Position numbers and translations under genes: made by a program
The notes under the pieces: model-generated
Databases searched by the model: none
The model's input: only the letters and a program-made list of their open reading frames with translations
What the model was told of the DNA's origin: nothing
Shown: piece by piece, positions 12,215 to 22,463 of the stretch
How the letters are laid out: each line of letters begins with the position of its first letter
How positions within the stretch are numbered: the first letter of the stretch is position 1
Assembly (NCBI GenBank): GCA_965112155.1
Contig: OZ218099.1
Strand: one strand, 5' to 3'
Origin: Podarcis liolepis
Lineage: Eukaryota
Length of the DNA stretch: 64,000 bases

Positions 12215-15062
12215 TAGGTCTTCTTCATCTGGTTGGACTCTTGCTCAGCAGCTTGCATATCTGCTTGTAGTGTTGAAGGGTAACCCTGTTAAGTCAGAGG
12301 CACGGAAATTGCTGAGGAGGGCAGAGCATCTCAAGGACTCTTCCACCTGTCCTCTTGGTGTGCCATTCCATGTCTTACACAACCATTGCTTTCTGCGGCT
12401 GTGGCTGGTTGCATTTATTCCAGCATGCTCATTAAAAAATATTTTAAGCTTTTGTGCTGAACCCGTCAGAGATTTGCCTCCTGGGATGACAAAAAAATAA
12501 TAATCACCTGATCTAATGAAGCCTCACCTGCACAATGTTTAACCCTTTCTGTGTCTTCAAAGGTGAGAACCTGTTTGTTTTTTAATGCCACAAATTAAGA
12601 TTCCTAACTTCTTGAGAGCTTGGAAACCTGGCAACTTATCTGCAGTTAGTAGCTCTACCCTGCTCTAAGTACTTGGTTTCTACTACTGCCTACAAGTCAG
12701 TCTGGGAAGGAAATTGTTTGCTCTACTTCTGCTACATATCACATTGATGTATTTGATCTGGATTGATTCAGCTGAATTGTAGTACTGTGAAGAAGAGATC
12801 ATTATTTCCTTTGTTTTTCTGCTAGAGATGCGTTAACATGCACCCAACGGATTTGCAGTATGAGCAGTAGTTGTTGTGAACTTTTGTCTTTTCTGTAAGT
12901 CGGGTCTAGAATAATTGTTTGGATTTCCAGAAATGGCATGCTTAATACTCAGTTTGAAGCATTTTCCAGCCATGTGAGAAGTTGTTCTTCCTGGGTGCAT
13001 CATTAGTCTACCTAGTTCAGTAAGCTGTCTTTGGCAGTAGTCAAATCTGACTGTTCTCAGAGGAAGTGACTATGTCCTTGCTTTGTGATCTGAATGATGA
13101 TAAAGTGTTGGCCTGCAGAGAGGCTTTCTGAACTTTATGAAATGCAGAGCAGCAAAGGGATCCTCTTTGCATTCTGAGTTAATAGTTCCGAGTTTCAGTC
13201 CTTAAGCTGGTGCATCTCAACAGTTTCAGCAGAGAGAATGGACAATGGAGGAGTGCAGTTTCCTCATGGACAACCTTTGTGTGCATGTTTTGCTGAACAT
13301 TAGTGCAGAAGATGCAAAGTTGGTAGCCTGTTCCTTTAAGGACTTTGTACAAAGCTGGCACCATGCCCAGCCTCTTCTCTTCTTCTTCCCACTTCAAGGC
13401 AGTTCCTTTGGGGCTTTTCCTGAAACAATACCGCAAGCTACCCTGCCACTCTGCTTGCTCTGCTTGCCCTGCAGACAGTCTCTGAATCAAGAGCCAGCTC
13501 TGCTTTGAGGGACAATGGAGAGTTGCAGCACAGGCAGAATGAACTATGCAGCCTGAGTCTGGATCTGTGCTGAAGGCGTAGAGAACAAGGCTGTCGTCTG
13601 CAAACAGCGATATGGAAGCTGAACCCCGTAGTCCTCAGAGTATGTGGGAAGGCGACTCCGAATTCAGCTTCCAATTTTGGACCCAGCTTTTTCTGTGGAT
13701 GCACTTGGTTGGCCGGTTGGTCACTTACGTCCTGCGTAGCTTTGGGGGGCTAAAGCAATAACTCCTTCCTGTCCCTTATGACTTGGTTGTTCTTTGGAGG
13801 TCCACTGTGACATCTAATATTTTTAGAGCTCTTTGGCAAGCAGTCCTATGAGGAAGAGACGTTGCCCTGTATTTTTTCTTCTTTCCTTTTCCTTACCTCC
13901 ATTCTTCTCTGTTCTGGATGGCCTTGCCTAAGAAAGGCTTCTTAACCTTGAGAGAAGGACAAAGCTTTAGAAGCAAGATTTCTGGTTTCTCTTCCCATGT
14001 TTATCCACACCCTCTGGACTGTGCAGTAATCTTTTGCTTCATTCAGAGAATATGAGCTTTTGGGGGCTGCTTAGCAATAGAATCCAGAAGTTATGAGGAC
14101 TGCCATTCTGCAAATGAATGTTCACCCGTGGAATGTTGTATTAGTGTTTAGAAAGAGTGATTTCTATCTCCAGAACATGGAGCATCCAAGGGGATATGGA
14201 CTTGAATGAGCTCCTACTTTGAGTTTTGGGGGGCCACACCTTGTCTTATTCCATCTACAGCATCAGAGGTTTACTTTGGCGTGCTCTAGTTTCATCAAGT
14301 TATCTGAACATCTTGGTCCCTTCCAACTCTACAATCCTATGATTCTATCTCAGTCTCCCTCTCTCCTTGAATTGTTTCTTCTTTCTGTTAAAGAATCACC
14401 TCGTTTTGGAAGATAATAGGGCTTCCCTACCTGACAATTTCCTTATTTGCCCTACCTTCAACCCTGAGGGCAAAAGAGATTCGGAGAATTTGTGAGCTAT
14501 TTTAAGCCTCATTGCATAGTCCTTGCTACTGCTGATCTGGCAGGCCTTCCTCCCTCTGTATTAATCAAATCTGCCTGCTGTTCACCCTCTGATCAGCTGT
14601 GTAAGTGACCAGGCTCCCTGTATTTCTTTCTAAACAGAGAGAATATGGAATGAACTGTCTTGGAGCCTTTCTGAGCCTTAGCGTGGGGGCTTGGGAAAAC
14701 CTGATATGGATGGCTGCCCCAGACTTGTTGCTGAACTGACATGAATGCTATGGTCCAGGGAGGTGGGTTTGATGGAAGTCGAGAGCAGTCGGCTCAAGCC
14801 AAAATGCCTGTGTGAATCACTTGGAGGGGAATGTTAAGAACTCTGCTGAATCTGGGACTGTGTCTGTTCTCCAGTTGCTGCCTTTACCCCTCTCTTCCTG
14901 TGGCGGGACAGGAAAAGCAGTTCTGCTGCCTCTACCTGTTGGCAAATAGCAATGACTGAAGAGAGTGCCCTCCTGGATCCTGACTGAGCTGCTTGGCTGT
15001 GTTTGCTCCGAGAGCAGAGCTGGGGCAGAGGAAAAGAACCGGTGATAAAATAAAAGAGAAAC

Positions 15063-15252
15063 ATGAGCCATGGAGCTGAGGTGAACTCTCAAAACTCCAG
15101 CAAGGACAAAGGGTGTAAGATGTCGGCGCTACAGAAACTGGAGAGTCTGGCAGGGCGGATCTTTTACTGGGGGCCACGGAGTGATGCTGGGGCACCGAAC
15201 GTTGGGGAGGCAGCCTATGAATCTGAGCACACGGCAGCCTGGAATGAGCAGA
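15063..15252 (+). CDS. PRKACA: PRKACA alternative first coding exon encoding a long, C-beta2-like N-terminus (C-alpha-L type)
   Basis: ATG at 15063 follows an in-frame TAA at 15051. Translation MSHGAEVNSQNSSKDKGCKMSALQKLESLAGRIFYWGPRSDAGAPNVGEAAYESEHTAAWNEQ matches recalled human C-beta2 motifs TALQKLEGFASRLF and SEHTALWDRS. It ends at A|GTGAGT (phase 1); joined to exon 2 (TG AAG) it gives ATG AAG = MKEFLAKAK, as in C-beta2. Confidence 0.9.
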
Positions 15253-15677
15253 GTGAGTTGACAAGGGAGCACGGTTTCCAGGGGTGCCAGAATCGGTGGG
15301 TTCCCCCGAGACTCTGCTCCAGAGCTGCTGCTGTTCTGTGCCTCTTGGTGCATGCGTATGCTTGTGGTTGAGTGTATAACTGGAATCTGAAATAGGGCTC
15401 TGATATTTTTCAGAGAAGCCCGCAAAAGGCTATAGCCTTAGCTCCGACAGCCATTCTGGCTATGACTGTTGACTACCTCTTTCCTCATGCTAAGCTAAAG
15501 TGTAGGGTGCTCAACTTTAATGAGGCCACAGCTGCTTGGTGTGTGGCTTTGATTTTGGCCTTAGAGAAGCCCCATCGGTTCTCAAAAGCCCACTTCAACT
15601 CACTCTTTCTTACTATTTGTTATCAAGCTGTTGGAGCCGGATGCTGCTCTAACTCTGCAAGTGTCTATTGCACGGAG

Positions 15678-15813
15678 TAGAGGTGGGGAGCCTGTAACTC
15701 TCCCAAAGTTGTTGGGCTTCTGCTTCTATCAACCCTGGCCCAAATAGCCAATAGGAAGGGATGATGTGAGTTGTAGTCTAGTAACATTGGCGGGGCACAG
15801 TTCCCCATCCCTG
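15678..15813. mobile_element. hAT-type MITE (~130-bp family)
   Basis: gaggtggggagcctg...gatgatgtgagttgtagtc...cagttccccatccctg; same family as the copies at 27267, 27500, 29500, 36740, 43434 and 48285. Confidence 0.6.
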
Positions 15814-16554
15814 ACTTAGAGAAAGGATAGCTGGAGCGTTCCTGGATGTTCTCCCACATTTTGTGGGGAGAATTGCAACTTTTTGGGAAGTTGTTGGAAA
15901 AGGTCATTATTAAGAAGCAAATTCTCTTTGCCCGTGTGTGTTTCAAAACCTTCTTCCCATTTTGACAGATTTTCCCCGGCCTCTCCAACTGATGTTGTCA
16001 CTTTAGCTGTTTTGGTTAAAATGTGTGGTCAGAGTTGTTGACATAGGGAATTTCAGTCTGAGGTTGACAGAGTGATGTGTGTGAAAATCATGGGCTGATG
16101 ATTGTTGCTTTTTCCTCTTTGCTGCCACTACCAGTCAGGATTGTAGCTTTTGTTGTTGACTTGGTGTGATGTCATATTCTATTTCCGTCACTGGCTGTAT
16201 CTTAATTCATGGTGTTGTCTACCTGTAGGGTGATGGGTTGTAAATAGATGGTAGGTCTTCTATTGTTCTGTCTGGACCACACATTACTTCTTCATCTAAG
16301 GCAAAAGGGAGTGAATGCAGTCTTTTCTTGGATCCTCAAGTATGTTTAAACAAAACTGTCACAATGTTTTGGCAATGCTGCTTGGTCTAAAATAGAACCT
16401 TGTTGAACATCTGATGCCAGATTCTTCTTTGGCCCCTTTAATCTTTTGGCATTGACACTTCCTCCATGCTGCATCTGAGTGTGTTGCACATGAAGGAAAG
16501 TGTTCAAAACCACCAGCAGCACATTTTGGAACTATTTAGCTTATACAATACACA

Positions 16555-17075
16555 TGTAGATTCTGTTCAACATCTACATGAAACTGCTGACAGAGGTCAT
16601 TTGTAGATTTTGGCTGCGGAGTCATCAGTATGCAGATGACAGCCACCTCTCTCTCATTTTCATTTGTTCCTGTAAGATAGTTGAAAGGATGAATTGCTGT
16701 CTGATATCTGTGATGGACTGGATAGGGTGCAATGAGGGCAAACATAATTCAGACAGAAGAGGTACTGTTGGTAGTTGGACTGCGTGATATGAGATTGGTT
16801 TTGCAGCCTGTTCGGGGTGGAAAGTGTGAAAGTGCAGGTGCTTAGTTTGGGGGTGCTTCTTGATCTGGGTCTGTTTCTGCAGGTGGTGAGGGGTGCCTTT
16901 TCTCAGTATCACCAGGTGCAACAGCTATCATCCTCCCTGACACAGGGGAATCTTGCCACAGTCATTCCTCCTCCTCTAGTGACCTTCAGATGACAGTACT
17001 GTAACTGTTTATGTGGGGCTGCCTTTCAAAAGTGTTTGGAAACCTCAATTAGTTGCAGCCAGAATGCAAGGCACT
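16555..17075 (+). mobile_element. Degenerate L2/CR1-clade reverse-transcriptase fragment
   Basis: Encodes FNIYMKLL...HQYADDSHL (RT YADD motif), interrupted by frameshifts and stops. Confidence 0.7.
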
Positions 17076-20000
17076 TTGAATCTGTAATTAATGTATATGA
17101 ATGCTGATTCTACATGATTTGCACTAGCTGCTGATTAATTATCATGTTCAGTTGCCTTGAACCCTCTTGTGAGGAACCCCAGGCTTTTGCCAGAGTTCAG
17201 CCTGCTCCAGAGAGGGTGCTCACCACACAACACCCTGCCTCTTCTTAGCTAGGCAGATAATAAATCAGAACTCCAGCTAACACTGCACAACCCTCTGGCT
17301 TGCTGAAGACCAGAAGGTCACTGCAGGGCTGGTCCCTTTGCATCAGCCAGTCCACCCAATCTGACACACAGCAAGGCCATTACCTGTAATGCGCATCTTT
17401 GGTTTTTTATTTATTTCAAGATCAGAGCACTTGGGAAATGTGAAGTGCTTCCGATCTCCTCCGATGTTTCCAAAACTGACAAGCCAATTGGAGCAGTTCA
17501 TTTCAACAGTATAATGTAAGACAGTAGGGGGTCATTTTGTTGCTGCAATTGGCAAGGATTTCTAATCCTTAGTTTTTAACAATCTACTATAAACCCCTTG
17601 GGGATCTGTTAGTAGAGTATCTTCAGTCCACCCCTGGCCTAGAGCATACAAATACAGGGTAACGTCATGAATGATTGGTGGCTATTTAGCTTCCTGCATA
17701 GTTTCATTTGAATTAACTAGTTAAGCAACTCTGCAGTAGGATTAGATTTCTCTGGATCTAACAGTGATCCCTGTATTTCATGTTTATTAAATCCTCATAA
17801 AGAAAGCATGCTAGTTAAATCAGGGTGGGTTTTGTCTATCCTGCTAAGCACTGAAAAAATTGTGTCTGTTTTTCAGAGATGTCCTATGTCCTTTCAAACA
17901 AGGTGTTCTCTAGATTTGTTTCATCTTCTCCAGAACTGTTGACTGGATTTGCTTGCCTACCTTGCCCTGTCCAAATCCAGGTTTAAATGTGACTGTCTTT
18001 GAGCTTATATTAGCTTGGCAACCCTAAATGCCTAAGCAACAATAAACAAGTATGTTACTTGTCAACCACCTGGCATCCACCCACTGGGGAAGATGCATAG
18101 AGTGCATCTGTCAGTGAAATTTTAGGCCTTAATCATCTGCGCCCTTAGAGCTAGGTTGGCTGGCCAATTTCATTTAAACAAGGACTCCTGGCTGAAACAT
18201 GGCAGACTTCCTTTGTTGATCACTCCTGCAAGCTTAGTGTTAGCAGAACCAGTTGCTTCTCCAGGTTTCCTAAAGCCCACCAAAGCCTTCCCATGCCAGT
18301 TATATAGAGCAGATGTCAAAGGGACTTGTAATTTGGGCAACACATGTTGTCTCTATTCCCAGGGATTCCCTTCCCTCAGTAACAATCAGATGCATAGTTA
18401 AAACCTGTGCAGACTTGGAAAGGTTGGCAGCTAGGTAGAGCTGTTTATGAGAAATTCCTGCAAGATTTGTGGTGTGCGCATTCAATGAGATGAATTATGT
18501 TCCCAAGTGTAAATATGTTCAAGTGGTCTGGTCCTTTGCTTCCTAGGTCTTGGTACTGTTGATTTAAGAATATTGATTTCTCCCACTGTGCTTTAGGCTC
18601 TAGGACAACTTGAAAGATTAGTTTGCCTCTCTTGAAGACAAGGCATAAAGCAGCAGCAACCCCACTTCTCCGTGTGGCCTGGTTGATGCAAGGACTGCAT
18701 ATTATTCTCATGGCAATTGTGCATCTAGTGTTGCAGGAGAAGTGTGATTGGTACATGCATTGAATGGTTCTCTTGTTAAATCATAGTGCAAGAAGGCATT
18801 GAAGTTAAGAATCCTTACTTTTTGTAGGAAGGCTTGCTGCTTTTTCTCTCCCTCTCCCTGCCCCCTTTCCCTTGTACCTTCCCTATCTTATGCTATGGCA
18901 AGTTCACAACACTGTGGAATAGAATGCCCCTTTGAAGCCTAAGTTGGGCTGGCACCCTCGGCTCTGAAATAGCTGATGGGCAAGTGCTAAACAATAGCTG
19001 GTGGGAGGTGCTGTTTGACTCACTGCTTGCCTGCTAATTTTGGTTCTTGGCCTGAATCGGCTGCAGTTTCCTATTGAGCGCAGCCGTGTTAGGGACATGG
19101 CTGGCTGTTCAATCTATTCCCAGGGAAATTGATTAGGGTCACTGTGTTCTGGGCCTCTGGCAAAGCTACTTTGTCCTTCATCTTCTAGACCACTGGGGCA
19201 TGGTGGTTGAAGGGTTGAAAACCAGTGTCTCTCTCCTGTAGGTGGGCCTCTTACAGAACATGACAGACTGGTATTAAAGCAACCTGTAGCTGAGATAAAG
19301 GCTTCAGGATTGAAGAGAGATGAGTGCTCAACCTTTTTTCTCTGGGTGCTGTGTTAAATTATTCTGACTGCACCTGTACACTCATAATTATTACATAATT
19401 CTGTTTTGAAGGCACTGAAGAATTCAGCAGAAATTGTGCTCGCTCCTTTCTGCTTTGATACTTTTTGTTCTTGCAATATGTCTCAAGGTACCTCCTCCAG
19501 TATCTAAAATGTCTTCATTCTGCACATATAACTTAGTGGAAGATGTTCTCAATGAGCTTCTTGCCTTAATTTTGTAATTTTGATGCTTTGCTTTAGGGTC
19601 TTATAAGCACAGCAATAGAGGGGCATGTCTGTTGTCATCCACTTTTGTCACCTACTTCCTAAAGCAACCGCCCTGTACTGTATTTGCTACTATCAGTAAT
19701 TTTTGCCTGCCTAGTTGAGGACTTGAGCACTTAACATTGCCTGTCTTTGAACCTCATCTTTGAGGTAGTATTGCAAAAGGGCAAATTGCAAACTCTTTGA
19801 TCATCGTACCATCTACCAACAAAACTTTTATCTTTTTTGAATTGGGCTACGTTTTATTGGTCAGTTTTATGGTGACCAAAGCAGCATTGGTAGCAAAACT
19901 TGGCCAGAAGAAAGATTGATTAGCTAGATTGGAGAAGCCACCACCCTCTCAAACCCCTTGCCTCTCCTCCTCAGTCCACACATCTCACCAGCCCTGCTTC

Positions 20001-22370
20001 ATGCCTTCCTCAAGTCCTTTTGCTGGCTGGAATGCATCCTTGAACTGTGATGATCCCACTTCCTCGTTGGGATGGAGAGATGTGTACTTTTGCATGGTCA
20101 GCTTCTGCATGATGTGGCTTCTGCATGGTCAGAATGCAACCTACTATGCAAAGGTAGTAAGAGCTGCATCTGTCGCTCCACCTACTTCTTGCTTCTGGTC
20201 CTGCTTCCTCTCTGGAATACATCTCTTGGAAAGCTGCTCAAGAGGGAGCAAGACTCACCTTCAAGTCACTGCTCAACCATGAAGCTCACTGGGTTGTCCT
20301 GAGCCAGTAGCTCTTCCTGCTTAACTTACCTTACAGGGTACTTAGGAGGATAAAAGCGGAGGGAGCAGGGAGAACCATATATGCTACTCCCTGGCCTTCC
20401 TTGAAAAATGGAGTATAATTTAAAAGCAACTGTATGGCAGGAATCTTTCAGCCATAAAGGTAGGAGTATTATAGTGGGACCGGGTGGGAGGTAGGAATGG
20501 AATGGTCACTTATAACACTGCACCTATCCAGTGGCAGGTGCTGGTAGCATTTGCTCAGCCCCACTGCACACAGTAGTAATAGCACCAAAGACTCCTATGC
20601 ACGGGAAGAATTGCTTTCCCCAGGCATAAATAGTAAGTGCCATCACTGGCAAAGTGCAGTAACTCTTGGAACAGAAGCACAGCTTCTGAGAAAGGCATCT
20701 CAACTGCACATGACATGAGTTGCAACTGCATACTCATTGCATAAAAAAAAAATAAAAAATTGAAGGGCCCTAACAAGAGACTTGTGCTCTATAGGCTCTA
20801 TTTTTTTTTTTTTAAATGAGCTGCATACAAGCAGATGATCATAGCCAGTGCTAAAGCAGTGAATGTGCTTTGTGGAGCCTCTGCCCCCTGCCACTGCCCA
20901 CAAGCACAGAATGGGATCTGTGTGCATAGAACGCCAACTGGTGACTATTCTGGAAGTGAGCCAGGGACTGGCAGCTTGAATGCCAGTGTTGAATGGTGTC
21001 ATTGTTTCTTATTGATACACCTGCCCAAGAGCCATAGATTCTGGAAATGCAAGAGAATGAAATTTGCGAGGAAAAAACAATGTCCAATCTTAAGTGAGAA
21101 AGGGGGCAGTATTATGATAGAAAGGGTTTGGTGGCTGCTGAGAGGAGACAATGAAGACAGCGAGAGCCACAGCAAAACTCCAGATTCCTCCACTGAGCAT
21201 GTAAGCTTCCACGTTGGCTGCTCCCAGGACTGGACTGCACTAGCAAAAAAATTCCATATCAAGTAGAAGTACAAAAGCACTTTTGCCATATTTTAAATGG
21301 AATACATAAACAGGGTTCTTACTTGTTCTCAACAAACTTCTCCTTCAGAAAGTTGAGGAAACAATGAGGGACATGCTATTTTTAGATCAGAATCTGACTA
21401 ATAGGAAGGAAATGTTTGAGTCTGTGAAAACAGTTGGCTATGTAAAAGAAAGTAACTATGAACTGCTGAAGTCCATGATCCTGAAATAGGAAGAGGAAGG
21501 GCAGCAGAATAGCAATGAATGTTTAACAGCTGAAAGCTTCAAAAAGAGCATTAGCTTTTTGAAAAGTGTTGGCTGGAAAAATGTTTTGAAAGGAGAATCT
21601 ATGATAGCAATCAAAGCCTGATGTTCTTTCCTAATATGATCAGGGCAGGAAATGGGACCTCCAAAACAAAGTTGAAAGGAAGACAACCTACCTTAATATC
21701 TGGCTCTGACTGATGGTGCAAATGGGGACATCTTGCATTGCTTCTACTGTCTGACCCTTAGAGAAAGGGAGCTCTGTTATGAGAAATGCAGCTGCCTGGA
21801 ACACCTGTGTTCTCCATGATTGCAAGTCATCATTTGGTGTGACATTCTTGGGGTCTTCTGGGAATCTCTCTTGTGCCAACCCTAGGCATTTTGCTGCCTC
21901 AAGTGGAGCCCGAATTATGTCGACTAGGGTCAGCATTTTAAAATGTCTTTGCCACCTATTCAGATACAGATTCTTGCCTTCATCCATCTCTTCATCACTG
22001 CCCCGTTGGTGCCACATACAGCAGAACTCTACCTTGTTACATGGTAGGGATGGTCATGATCCCCCCCCCCTTTTTTGGAGATCATAAATTCTAAAAAAGA
22101 TGGCATGTAGGGCTCAAACAATTTCAGACCAAATAGGTTAAAAAAATATGTAACTGTGCCTGCAGCACTAAAGGAAACCATTACTCACCTTGGAACCTGT
22201 TGGTAATTGGCCTTCTAGGGTGGTCTGATCCATCAAGAAGTATGCCATGCTGTTTTGTCTCCAACTGTAGTCCTTTGCACTACTTTACAGGTGAAACATT
22301 TCCATGTGTGTCTGAAGGTTGGAAGGATGTTTGCCATGTCTGAAAGTGGGGTATAAATATATTTAAAAAT

Positions 22371-22463
22371 AAATAAATTGTCCAGTAGCACCTTAGAGAC
22401 CAACTACCGATAAGTTTGTTCTTGGTATGAGCTTTCATGTACATGCAGACTTCTTCAGATACC
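22371..22463. mobile_element. Penelope-like element terminal fragment
   Basis: tccagtagcaccttagagaccaac...gagctttcatgtacatgcagacttcttcagatac resembles recalled squamate Penelope ends. Confidence 0.5.

Noticed and set aside
13612-13645. ATG...CAG A|GTATGT phase-1 mini-ORF (MEAEPRSPQ)
   Set aside because: Weaker donor, no homology or promoter signal; expected by chance in a 38-kb intron.
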